Below are positions 24,190 through 36,974 of a stretch of 64,000 bases of DNA, piece after piece. A program made the position numbers and the translations under genes. This stretch comes from Macrostomum hystrix (taxonomy: Eukaryota; Animalia; Platyhelminthes). The notes below the pieces were generated by a model. It was not told the origin of the DNA. It saw only the letters and a program-made list of their open reading frames with translations, and made no database searches. The stretch spans positions 9,238,001 through 9,302,000 of the forward strand of contig CATNEN010000007.1 of NCBI GenBank assembly GCA_950097015.1. Reading direction: 5' to 3'. Each line of letters begins with the position of its first letter. Position 1 is the stretch's first letter.

Positions 24190-24562
24190 TTCAGAGTGAG
24201 GTTGGGATATCAGAGTGAGGTTGGGATATCAGAGTGAGGTTGGGATCTCAAATTAAGGTTGGGATCTCAGAGTAAGGTTGGGATCTCAAATTAAGGTTGG
24301 GATCTCAGACTAAGGTTGGGATATCAGAGTGAGGTTGGGATCTCAGAGTAAGGTTGGGATCTCAGAGTGAGGTTGGGTTCTCAAAGTAAGGTTGAGATCT
24401 GAAAGTAAGGTTGGGATCTTAGAGTAAGGTTGAGATCTGAAAGTAAGGTTGGGATCTGAAAGTAAGGTTGGGATCTGAAAGTAAGGTTGGGATCTGAAAG
24501 TAAGGTTGGGATCTGAAAGTAAGGTTGGGATCTCAGAGTAAGGTTGGGATCTCAGAGTAAGA
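24190..24562. repeat. 19-bp minisatellite (GAGTAAGGTTGGGATCTCA)n
   Basis: Visible tandem units. Confidence 0.93.
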
Positions 24563-25297
24563 TTAGGATTTCAAAAAGAATAAGTTCTTAGGTTTGGCAC
24601 TCTTTTAGGTCTGGTATGGCAGAAAATTCTCAGGCCCAAGCAATTGGGATTAAAAAAACGGTGTAAAGAATTGGAGTTTCTGAGTCGGTATGAGAGTTTA
24701 GCTGTGATTCTCACCTTGATGGAATCCTAAAGAAGAGGCAACAGAATAGAACAAAGAATTCCATTGTTTGCACAGAGATTTCTCTCAGTGGAATTAGCAA
24801 AAAAATCTAAGAGTTGCAAACCCGAGATCGGTGAGGATGCATCCCAGGTCGATCATTGGCCACATTTTCAGACCGTCACCGAGAATTTCATTTCTGAACT
24901 CAGCAGCTCTGAGCCGCTCTGAGCAGCTCGGTGGAAGAGAAAGCTGCAAAACACTTCGCCAAGGGGATTAGCAGGGGAGCAAAGGTATCGACAGCACGGA
25001 TTAAAAGGCTGATCCCTTGGTAAAGCGAGAGGCTGTGTATGAATTTTGAATGATCCGAGTATCCTGTGAGCTCAGGTTTCACTGGCTAAGCCGCTTTATT
25101 ATTTTTGTTTGTGCGTGCTAAAACACTTGCGTCGCGTATCTGGCATGGGATACAAAAAAGCACAAAAGATCGAGGCCCAGGCAGCGCCCTGTTTGTGATC
25201 GTGAACTCGGGTGACGCCGCTTTAATTGAGGAAAAAAGAAAGGTTGAAGCAGATTGCTGACGTACAAAAATTCAAGGTAAATTTGAGAACTACTCAG

Positions 25298-28200
25298 TCA
25301 GCCTTTGTAAACGTCTGGAGCCGAGAACAGGATGGAAAGCGTGGAGATGACGGTGAAGCAGGAGAACACGATGAGGCAGAGCCGGTCCACCACACGGGCC
25401 GCGAACTTCCAGTCGCTGCTGACCTCACTGTCTGCCGTGTCTTCCGCGATCTTCCGCGTGACGACGCGTAGCTCTTTCAGGACTGTCCTGAGGCCGCTGC
25501 GGTTCGGGTCGGCTTCGCCGCCGCATACCGTCTTGACGCCGTCTTCCAGATCGAGGACGTTGGATAGCAGCGACCGCGAGGAGCGCTGCATTACGTCGGC
25601 GTTGGCTCCCGGAGAATCGCGAAACGAAGCAGCTTGATGATGATGGTTGCTGGCTGCGGCTGCGGCTGCGGCTGCGGCCGCTGCGGAGGCGAAGTTCTTT
25701 GGCCGACGGAGGCGCACGAACTGCTGGCTGGCCTCGTCTTGGCGGTGGTTCTTCATGCACAAGATATTGGCCAGGTAGGTGCAGATGAATTTTCTTACCT
25801 GGCGAAGTTATTTACAAGCTGTAATAAGAGCAAAGTTCAAAGTGTCGTGCAATTTTAATTCTATTGATTTTGTCTATCGAGCTGGGATCTGAGTATCTGA
25901 GGATCTGGGGATCTGGGGATTTGGGGATCTGGGGATCTGGGGATCTGGGGATCTGGGGATCTGCGGATCTGCGGATCTTGGGATCTGGGGATCTGGGGAT
26001 CTGGGGATCTGGGGAACTGGGGATCTCGGAACTGGGGATCTGGGGAACTGGAGAATTGGGGATGTTGGGAACTGGGGATGTTGGGAACTGGGGATCTGGG
26101 GATCAGGGGAACTGGGGATCTCGGAACTGGGGATCTGGGGAAATGGAGAACTGGGGATGTTGGGAACTGGGGATCTGGGGATCTGGGGAACTGGGGATCT
26201 GGGAAACTAGGGATCTGGGGATCTGGGGATCTGGGGATCTGGGGAACTAGGGAACTAGGGAACTAGGGATGTTGGGATCTGGGAATCTGGGGATCTGGGG
26301 TTCTGGGGATCTGGGGATCTGGGGATCTGGGGATCTGGGGAACTGGGGATCTGGGGATCTGGGGATCAGGGGAACTGGGGATGTGGGGAACTGGGGATGT
26401 GGGGAACTGGGGATGTGGGGAACTGGGGATGTGGGGAACTGGGGATGTGGGGAACTGGGGATGTGGGGAACTGGGGATGTGGGGAACTGGGGATGTGGGG
26501 AACTGGGTATGTGGGGAACTGGGGATGTGGGGAACAGGGGATGTGGGGAACTGGGATCTGGAAACTGGGATCTGGAAACTGGGATCTGGAAACTGGGATC
26601 TGGAAACTGGGATCTGGAAACTGGGACCTGGAAACTGGGATCTGGGGTTTCAGGTATTAGGGGAACTGGTGAAACTTGAGACTTAATGACCCCCACGAGA
26701 TCTGCAGAGCGGACACTCTCGGAGCCACAGGACGATCACAGATAATCACAAATCACACAAATTATGAATCGCCTGGACAATGATGGCTACGTCTCAAACG
26801 CCTTCTCACCCAGCGTGGAACCGGATGCGACTCGGCGTCTCGATGGTGATAATTGAGCACAATCACTGTGAACACCACTGACAGGCTGCACATCACCATT
26901 GTGCAGGTGAAGTACATCACTGGAAATTTAACCGGCGCGGATGTACAGAAAAGTATACTCTCTTGCTACTCTCAGTAGTCGTGACAGATAAAAATCTGCG
27001 AAATTCTACTCACCAATCAGTGGAACAGCTTCAGACGTCTTAGGCATGGAGTCCGCCACCAAGAGTTGGAACATGGACAGCGACAGCATGATCATCACAC
27101 CTGAAGCATTTATATTGTGCAATTGGGAGCAATAGTGAGAATTGGAAGCTGTATCAGGCCACGGATTTTTTAGCGGTGAAATCTGGGATCGAAAATAGAC
27201 AATTTTAGTAAAATTAGCAATCCAATTAATCCAGAAAAATAATTGCAGGAGGGCGGCGGGCAATGGCACATCATTTGGTGACTCTAGACCCGCAGCCAGC
27301 GAGGAGGCAATTCTGCCCATTTCGCTGATTTCTGATCACACACGCACACAGGTACTGTACGCAGGCACACACTCACACAGGTGTGTACATCTGCCCTGAC
27401 TCTCTCATTTTCAGGCTGTGTACACTCTCACTGTGCCTTGGAGGTTGGCCCCCAAAGGCGTAAATTGCACGACAAGCCCCCAAAGTCTTCACTCCGCTGC
27501 TGTGCCCCAAATTAATGTGGCCTCGCCGCGGAATCGAGCTCAGGGACATTGGTGCGAGAGGCAAACGCGTTAACCGCTCTGCCACCGACCCCCAATCGGT
27601 GATCAAAGAAGACAGGAATCGAAGAAATCGGGGAAATTAAAAGCTGACGAAACTCGAGATAAAGCCGTCAAGAGTAGTTATTGGGAAACGAAGAATCCCA
27701 GGATCCCGCCACACACCCAGGGAGATTTTCTCGCCCGCATCCGGCGGCAGCAGGAAGGTGAGCAGCGACATGGTAGAGATGAGCACGCAGGGGATGATGA
27801 GGTTGATGCCGTAGTACAGCGTGCGCCTGCGTATGCGGATGAAGTAGCTCAGGTCGATGAACGGGTAGGGGCAGCAGTCGTACTTGGCCGCCGTTCGCTT
27901 GCCGTCCACGCCTGCAAGACGGAGGGCACTCGGTCAGTTTTCACCTGTTGTCCAGGTTGCAGCACACTAATTCTGTTTTAGTTTTGGCTTTAGCCTTCAC
28001 CTTCGAGACTCCACTCGCCGCTGGTGATGTAGGTGTCCAAATCCGCCTGGCCGACCTCTGAGCAGCGCAGCGGGTCGTTCAGCCGCTTCTCCGTGGTGTT
28101 CAGCGCCTTGTCGGAGCACTTCAGCCTCAGGTCGAGTGTGCCCCCATCGTAGGACCAGGAGCCGAATTTCAGCTTGCACACCTGAGTGTCGAACGGAAAC

Positions 28201-29075
28201 CAGGTGGTGTCAATCTTGCAGGTGGAACGGAACATTCCTGGTGGGATGAAGTTCACGTCGCCGGTGTGCTCAACCACCACGTTGGTCGGGTACGTGCCGT
28301 CGAACTTCTCGTCCGCGCTGTAATGGTTAGGATTAGGGTTAGGGTTTGGCTAGGCTAGGGAAACCGTTTTTCTGTTGAGCCTATTTCACCTTAACATATA
28401 ATTTTCCATTACGTTAGTTCACAATGTAGAAACTACAGTTTCATGGCAGAAACTGCGGAGGCACTGTTAAAAGTACATGAATGTACTTTGTAGGCTGCTT
28501 AACAATTAGCTTCAATGCAAGTGTGTGGTTAGAAATGCAAGAATAGCGAATAACTGGACAAGATTGATTGAGCAAAAATCCAACGTGACAGCTGAAATGC
28601 TCTGGTGCTGAGAAAACATGCCAATCAGAGAGATCCGTCCCACTATGCAATACAAGTGGCTTTTAACTTCCAGTAAGTCTCAACAATAACCGTAACAAAC
28701 AAGTAGCACGGCTGCGGACACAAATGCCCCATGGAGTGCCTCACCACTGCTCACCTTTTGTAGGGCTAAATGTCTCATAATTTCTCACCTGTTGTACAGC
28801 AGAATGTCTGGCCGCCACACACGACTCGGGTCGATGTTAATCTTAGTGATGCCACCAAAGTCGTTGGGATCCCAAGTGAAGTGATAGTCGTGCCACGTCT
28901 GTAGGGAGTGTAGATATTTTTAAAGAAAAATCTGACTAGTTGATGCTGAATCAATACTATGATTAGGTCTACTCACAGAGAACTCATAGACTCACCAAAT
29001 CCAGCCAAATGTTAGCGAATAAAATTTGGTTCTTTTCGTCCTAAAAGGCACAAAGAACATGATACATGTCTGTCG

Positions 29076-29111
<36 letters not shown>

Positions 29112-29897
29112 CACCACGTCGATGATCTGCTGTAAGGACGCCTTGAACCAGACGTAGAGCACGCCAGACTCGTTCCTGACCGGCCGCTCAACTGGATTGT
29201 GCACTTCCAGGGAGCTGCTGCGGTTTCTGGGGTGGAACAAGTAGTAGAGCAGGCGGCGCTCGTGATACCCCGCCTGTGCCACTGTGTGGAGGCATGAAAT
29301 TATATTTTGTTCATAAGCGTGCTTGTAGTTTATCTCGTTTTCCAAGAAACTTTGCTAGTTAGGCAGAGATTCACACCCTATCGATATTTCCAATAACCAA
29401 CCCTCACTAGTCAGACAGGTTCCAGAGAGCAGGGTGCACCAGCCAGCCTGGTCTAATCTAATTCCTAATCTCCTCCCAGTTTTTCCATTGATCCCACAGC
29501 GCAGTGCTCGAAGAACTTCATAGCAGGCCTGAAAAGCGGATCCTTCACTTTCTGCAGCTTTTTTCTGTCTGGCCCGTCACCGCCCTCGGAGGAGCCGTAA
29601 ACTAAATTGGGCCGAGCTGTTCGGTCGCTTTTGGCCATTCCAAATGGCGCGTAACTTTTCTAAACAATTTAGGAGCAAAAGTAACTGGCTGCAAACGAAC
29701 TTTTTTTCTCGAACAGACACTTGTCTCTTACTTTCAAAAATAGCCAGCAGATAATGGGAGTGGATAGGACTCCTATATCGAGCTGATGAAGGGAGACACC
29801 AAGCTAAAATCGGAAATTGTGTTTTCCTCAGCATACCTGGCATCAGGGCCACAATGAACGCAAGCCACATGGGCGCTGACCAGTGCATGGATCGCAT
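25298..29897 (-). CDS. Nicotinic acetylcholine receptor alpha subunit, alpha7-like (9 coding exons)
   Basis: Exons 29897-29837, 29281-29115, 29040-28996, 28898-28789, 28317-28001, 27911-27717, 27100-27014, 26919-26810 and 25798-25298, all GT-AG and in frame. Signal peptide, [13 protein letters not shown], Cys-loop [15 protein letters not shown], loop B WSY, loop C YDCC (alpha subunit), GEK cation ring and M4 [13 protein letters not shown] are present. The 45/110/87/110-nt exon sizes resemble CHRNA7-type genes. Confidence 0.96.
25884..26650. repeat. G-rich 8-bp repeat (CTGGGGAT/CTGGGGAA)n grading into a 14-bp unit (CTGGGATCTGGAAA), in the last nAChR intron
   Basis: Visible tandem units. Confidence 0.95.
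27240..27593 (-). mobile_element. tRNA-derived SINE, ~350 bp, full length, in an nAChR intron
   Basis: On the minus strand: A-box TGGCAGAGCGG and B-box-like GAGCTCGATTCC; body shared with the copies at 38.3, 42.1, 50.1 and 58.9 kb; AT-rich tail. Confidence 0.88.
29068..29111. repeat. (TCTG)n microsatellite filling most of a 74-nt intron
   Basis: Directly visible. Confidence 0.9.
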
Positions 29898-32800
29898 AGT
29901 CGTAATTAATTCCGGAAACTTTCTAGAAATGCGAGCCAGCTCAGCGCAGACAAAGTCGGTCAGGCAGTCGGCATTCTGAAGCAGCAGTCTGTTTAGCCAT
30001 CGCTTGCGTCAATTTTAGCGCCTATCGAAGGTTCAATAATATTTCTTGCGTTTCTTCTGAATTCAACTGTTCTGCATATGCATAAGCTAGCCTGTGAGTT
30101 GGCTGCCAGTGCTGCAGTTGAACACACTTGGATCCTTCTCTCACTATGCGCATGCGGCTACCAGGGGGGATCGCGAAAGTCAACCGACAGCTATAAGCCT
30201 TCTTTTTCTTTCGATCTGTTGACCTTGTCCGCCTGCTACACTAGCAGCGAATTGGGATAGCGAACTGCATAAGATCGACAGCGAGCGCAGCAACAGTTGC
30301 TGAGGTACGTGGAAGACAGGGTCGCCCTACAGTAGCAGGGATTAGTGAACCAATAGAAATTTAGCTGAATGAGAGCATCGGCCCATGTGCCTCGGGACAA
30401 TGCAGACCGAAGTGCGGATCGGCTCTTAGCACAGTTGTCGCTTGCGCAGGCCTCTTTCACCTTCCTCTTTCCCCGCTCTTCACTCTCTCTCCTTGAAGGC
30501 GTCAGGCGGTGCTGGCCGGACCTGCATCCAGCAGTGTGCACTGGGTTTAAACGGGGGAGCGTTTAGAATACACAGGATCCATGCTACAAGAACGCTAAAT
30601 CGTTAAATTCTCCATAGAAGTGAAAATGTGGGACTGGAGTAATCTTAAGGATACGAAAGTTCTTAGGTTCGACCATGAAAGAGCAAATGTTACAATGTGC
30701 AGATCCTAGCTAGTGTAGCTACGAGTACATATCACGTCTACATGACTGCACATAATTATATATTAGTATGATTTAAAATCAGACGGGCTATATGACAATA
30801 AATAATCTTTTCTACACATCTTCCACGAATCGTATTTATGTTACCTGTGGGATGTCAGAAGAGACAGCGGGATGTCAGGATATAGGCAGCATCAGTGGGA
30901 TTTAGCCAAGCTATAGCAACCACACATGTATTCATCCCTGGGACTGAAGTATTTAACTTTCATATAACAATGTACTACATGCACATGAAACACCTTAGAA
31001 GAAAGTACATGTCAAGTAAAAAATAACTTAATTGCTAATTTGAGCTAAATCGAACATGATAAATAAACGTTCTTAAATTCGTTTTTTTCATAAAAAACAA
31101 ATCATTTTCTGTTTAAGTTGCTCGCTCTGCAAGTAAGATGAAGATACTAGATGAAGATACTAGATAAGATGAAGAAAATAATCAATTTTTTCTTTTGAAT
31201 TTAAGTGTCTATGTACCTCAAGTTCTGCAATATGCATGTGCGCTTGAACTGTATGATAAGGGAAAAATTGTTTTTTATTTGTAGTTTTCGTATTCTGTAT
31301 AAAACTGATTTACTTTAATCAGTATAATACAGTTTCTTTTGTATAAGGGTTGAAGGCACACTATTCGTAGAAATTTGTCCACGGAAATAAGATTATTGTC
31401 GTATATTTACGTAGTTGTGTGCCCTTATTTAAAACTTTTGCTACAGGCCCGGGTCAGACTGCTGCGGCTCTATCTTGACATCCTGCCATGCCATGAGCCA
31501 TGTGTTTGGCGGGCGCGGGCTAGCTAGATGGCCAGCTCTTGCCTCTTGTCAGCGCAAAATAGCTGAATCGGGAAGTTTATACTTTAAGTGAAAGATATTC
31601 TGCACTAAGCTAATGTGTAAAGTTAGTTTTGTTGGTTGATTTGTATCAGCACGACAGTATGGAAAACTTGTATCAGTTTAGAGAAAAGTGAAAGCTTTTA
31701 AAGATTTCGCAGCACGGAGCACTTGACTGATTCTGATAAGAAATAACTGTTATCATGTTGTGCAGCTATTGTTTGTAGTACAAGTCAGATGTGAATAAAT
31801 ACATGTTACATGTTATTCTATTACAGGTCTAACTGTTAAATAACAACATAGCTATACTACACTGCTATAATTTAGCTATATTGGTTTAACTATTCTTTCT
31901 TTGATATTGTTCATGATTATCTCATCTTGTTGACATAGTCCTTTAGCAAGCTGCGCTGTCTGCTCTATAATAATTTATACAAAATAGTATTGTTTGTTAT
32001 ACTTATACTTATAGCATATTTTCTGATAGTCTTTATGGATATTGAGAATTCAATAGTTAACTTAAGAAATATTCTTAATTTTTTCATTTTTAATGTTGTA
32101 GGGCTCTTTTATTAATATTAAAACTTGCTTCTATTACACCTTAAATTGACCCTTTGAAAAAAATCTTAATTTCCTTTGTCAATGACTTAACTATACTTCA
32201 TAGACTGGCTAGGGTAATGAATCATCAACCAAACAAGAATGTGTATTTTTTTAACTTCAAACCTAACCTACAGATTTTCTATTTAAGATATGGTGATAAA
32301 TCAAAAGCCAAGTTATAGAAAACAGTTACATCTTTCTAAAAAGTATCTGCTTTTGCTATTTTATCAAATAGAAAAAACTTATTCCTGCTTTTTATCTTAA
32401 ACCAAACAATGATTTTCATGCATCTTCAAACCAAACAGAGAATTTGATGTTTGGTTTTACAATTTGAGTGAGTGGTTTAATCTTATTTTAAGGAGTGATC
32501 TATCATGAATTATGTAATTTGAAAGCATTTTTCATGCTCTATAAATAACTACATTTATGGTCATTTAATTGGCAAGCAACCACATACAATCTTCATCTAA
32601 AGTACATGCTGAAAAAATGTTGTTAAAAAGTATGCTTTTGCAATAAAAATTTCTACTGAAACATCAATATCTTTCTTTCCTCTTAATGCTTCATTGCACA
32701 TCATGCCTCAGCTTGTAGATAATTTCTTCAACTTTCAAATTAGTTGTTTTGTGAAACACAATAGCTTGTTTCTGTCTTGCATGAGACCAAGGAAGAAGTC

Positions 32801-33653
32801 AAAATTCTTGTTCAGTTTTGATGATACACTGTTCAGTTGATGATTCATTACCCTATGTACTTATCTTACTCTTTCTTTCTTTCTTATGTATATATGTATT
32901 GCTTAATTTAGCCAGATAGGCTGCTTTCTTTCCCAAATATGGTAGCGTTCGCATGAGTGTCTGAGCGGCAAGACACTTCTTCCTCTCCTTACTTACTCAT
33001 AAACTATCTGGCTTTCTGTTTTTTCCCCAGTCTTTCAAGGCTTCCAAATGGACTAAATTTGCCCAACTCTGCACACAGTGCTATTCACCAATTGGGATTT
33101 ACTCTCTGCTCTTTTAGTTATTACACTATACAGCTTTGATAATTATTTCCTTCTTTATTCTTTCAAATATTCACCGACTTGTGTGAAATAAGAACAATTT
33201 AAACACTTTGAGACTTATTCTCCTTTATTCAACACAGAACTGGGCACGGGGCACCAGTTGGAGTTCTAGGGCTAGTTTGTGGTTATATTTATAGCAAAAA
33301 ATTGAGGTAGGTGATAAAACACAGTAAAACAAAAGATAAAATCAAGGAAAAGTGTTTGGCAGGAATTCAAGTTAAAAATATGTAATAAAATGATTGAGAA
33401 TTGAAACGAGGCCGCTGAACAATTACTCAATTCATTATTACGAAATTCGATTCTTGGAGTTAGCGCTGCGCACTCTGACTTCGGGATTATATAGCTGTTA
33501 GCATAATAGAATTGTAGCTTGTTAGTTAAAATGTTGCTTGCATTAAGAATGCTTATCTTTTGAGCTTAAGTTAGTCGACAATTTCAAAGCAATTACGTCA
33601 GCTAATAGTCCCGAGCGGCGCAGCAATTGACTATAAATTCTTGTCTATTTAAC

Positions 33654-36600
33654 AACAACAACAACAACAAACTACAGCAACCCTGGCTGAGGCCAAAGAG
33701 TGGGAAGCTGTCAAAAAGCGCGCGCGAGCGCAGAACTGCGCAGGAGGATCAGTCCGCGAGGGTCGGAGATGCCGGCATCAGTCAGCAGCAGGTCGACGAA
33801 ACGTTGTGTCCTCACCTGGCCGCGCCGCCGTGGTCCCTGCAGGGAAGCAGCAGCACATCTTGCTGGGGCTCTGGGCAGCGCTGCTCTGTACGGATATCGT
33901 GGCCGCCAGCTGCAAGCGCTGTGTGCGGAGTAGCTGGCTTGGCCGGCAGAGCTGGGCCCAGTGGTACAGCTCGTCGTTGCTGATGTTAGTCATGGAGTTC
34001 GGCCAGTAGTGGACTCCGAAGGCAGCGCGCAGAAGTGCAGCGTGCGCGGCGTCCAGCTGCCGCTCCTGTGAGCTGGTCAGGGTCCACGTGTGGGCGTTGT
34101 ACAGGAGCACAGTTTCGATGACGGCCTGGTACAGACGCCCCCTCAGCCGGTCTGGCAGCGCGGGACACTGCATTACAGTTCGCAAGGAGCGAAACGCCCC
34201 CCAGGCGAGCGCCCTGCGCCGAGCGATGTCGTCCTGCACGCTTGGCACCAGACCGCCGAGGTAGGTGAATGTCGTGCAGCGAGGCAGCAGCGCCGCCAGC
34301 CCGTTCGCATTACGACAGCGGATCTCAGCGGGCAGGTCTGCCGGGACGGTAAGCACCATCGTCTTCTTGGCGTTCACAGACAGACCGACCACGGCTCCCG
34401 CTGCCGTCAGCTTGTCCAGCAGTCGTTGGGATCCTTCCGCAGAGCTTGAAAGCAGCGCCAGATCGTCTGCGTACGCCAGAATGGAGAGCCGCTTCTCGGG
34501 ATGTCGCCTGCTTGTTCTGCGACAGAGCAAAAAGCCATTGGAGTCATCAGGAAGGCTGACGCGCAGCACCCAGTCCAGGACCAGGACGAACAGGAAGGGC
34601 GCCAGAGTGTCCCCCTGCAGCACGCCAGAGGACGTGTCGAAAAAGTCCGACATACTGTCTGGCGTCGCAACTGCCGCCTTGGTCTCCTGGTACAGGGCCA
34701 TCACAGCCATTACCAGCTGCTCAGGCACATGGTACGCACGCAGGATGGTCGCGATGACTCGCCTCGACACCGAATCGAAGGCCTTCAGAATGTCCACGAA
34801 GATGCAGACGACGATCGATTGGTGGATGCTAGCTTCTTCTAAGATACGGTGCAACGCGAGAATTTGTGACACTGTGCCCCTGCCTGGCCTGAAACCGTTC
34901 TGCTCTCGCCGGAGAAACTGGTCCAGCACTGGCTGCAGCCGCGTCAGCAGCACCCTGTTGTACAACTTCGCGGCGCAAGACATCAGTGAGATTCCGCGAT
35001 GCTCGTCGATCTTGATGGTGCCGGGCTTCTATGGAATTCCAACGATGTGCGCAGTCCGCCACTCGGGAGGGGCGACGCCCCCCGCGATACGCGGTTCATC
35101 ACTTGCGTAACTTCCCGCGCCACTCGCGGGAGGCGCAGCACCTCGATCGGCACCTCGTCAGGTCCCGTAGCCTTGCCTCCCGGCGTCTTCTTTGCGAGCT
35201 GTAGCACCTCGTCGATGGTGATGGGGCTGGTGTTAAAGGCACTCTCCTCCGGCAGAGCGACATATCGTCGTACAGAGGCGGTGGAGGCGCGTTGACGATG
35301 CCAGAGAAGAAGTCCCGGAGCTCGTTTCGTCTCTCTTCGGGCGTGTCACCTGCCAGGTTTAGCGCATTGCGCCGCTTGCGGCCCGTCAGCTGGTTGACAA
35401 CCGACCAAACGGCACGGTGCTTCTTGTCAGGACCGGCGTCGGTGACTTCCCGGATAGCGGCCTCCACTGCGGCGCACTGCCGCATCTTGAAGGTCTCCGC
35501 TAGGGCCTTCTCTGCATCTTCGGTCGGCTGTCCGCTCTTCTGCAGTGTCTCAACTCTCAGCCGAGCCTGCCGCAGCAACTCGTCATCCTGCCACACAGGC
35601 TTACCGCTTTGTGCTGGGTCTACAAGCGGCAGTGTTTTAGTGGCGGCGACATGGACGGCGGTGCTGATGTCCGAGTATTCGGCTGTGGTGGCTGCATCCG
35701 GTCTCCCTTCTAGCGCCTCAGTGAAGGCCTGGCAGAAGTGGCCCCTCACGGATGGATTGCGCAGGGCACGGAAAAAGCGTTTCGGTTTTCGTCTCGGTGG
35801 TCGATAAAGCGGATCTTTTAGGCGCAGGTCGCAGTACAGCAGCTTGCTTACAGCATCCGACCGCACAGCAAGCGGAGCCACTGTGTCGCAGTTAGTCACA
35901 CGGCACCTCTCTCGCCAGCGAAGCAGCACGTGGTCCAGCTGGACGAATCTTCTTTTAGCGAATTTTCCGCACGCATTCCGGCGTGGACGCTAGCAGCCAA
36001 CAAAAGTTGCCATCTCTGCAGCGGCTTCCGAAACAACGTGTTTGCCGATACTAGGTCGTGTCGTTCTGCAAAGTCAACCAGTGCATCGGTGTTGTTGTTC
36101 TCGCGCGGTGTGACGAAACGGAAACGCTCGGATTGTCGCATTACAGCGTTTAAGTCTCCGAGCACCAGCACCGAGTCGCGCTGAGCCACCGCCTCCAGCT
36201 GCGCCGACAGGAACTCCATGAATTGCCGGTGCTCCGTCGGATGCGCAGCCGTGGGGGCATAGGCGCAGAACAGACGCACGTTGCGCCTACGCAGGCGCAG
36301 GTCAACTCGCAGCAGTCGCGGTGATAGACTCTCGCATCGTGTGCATTGCTGTAGCCGGGGGCTGATCAGAGCGCCGACTCCTCCTCGGCCTCTTGAATCC
36401 GCTGAGGTGTATTGTAGGAGCCAGCTGCCTCCAAGATGCTCTTGATGAAGCCCCGGCTCGGCTGTGATGGAAAGCTCCTGCAGCAATATTATATCTAATA
36501 TGAGGTCGTTAGCGAGCTGTGCTAGCAGGTGTTGTCTCCATCTCGCTCGCAGAGTCCAACAATTCCACATCGCAACCCTGAGCTCTTGTGCGCTTTTTGG

Positions 36601-36974
36601 TTCAGCTGGGACCCATTGGTTTTGGGCCTCACGGTCCCCGGCGCCACACGGAAGATCCGCACCAACCAGCAGTGCGGGACTTTGGCCTGTGGCTCGACGT
36701 TCACGTCCTCGGAGTCGACCCCGACAGTTGCACTCGCGACACCGTTCTCGACGACAGCGTTCGCTGCGTTGCCCGCGCTGCTTTGGTGGTGTGCCGCTCT
36801 TGGCAGCCGCAGCAGGGGCGCGGCTCTCCGTTGAGGCCTTGGTACGCGCTGTAGGCATGGCAGACAGTGGCACCAGGAGGCGGCGGCGCTATTCAAACGT
36901 CAGGGCATTTAAATAGACATGCAATAAATTGAGTCTTCGCAGTAAGAGACCGTCTTTATGGCTATTTATGTCTA
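33654..36974 (-). mobile_element. Non-LTR retrotransposon (RTE-like LINE; APE endonuclease + reverse transcriptase), frameshifted
   Basis: APE motifs (VAMWNCWTL, LLQE, AYAPT, LGDLNA) in 35896..36873. RT motifs (EQNGFRPGR, KAFDSV, GVLQGDTLAPFLF, YADD, FTYLG) in 33778..34983. (GTT)n 3' tail and TSD TGTCTATTTAAC at 33642-33653 and 36975-36986. At least 3 frameshifts. Clade assignment is from motif resemblance only. Confidence 0.93.

Noticed and set aside
25864-26696. Gly/Trp-rich ORFs
   Set aside because: Intronic 8-bp repeat within the nAChR gene.
27500-27593. tRNA gene
   Set aside because: A/B boxes belong to a SINE head with a long conserved body; no convincing cloverleaf.
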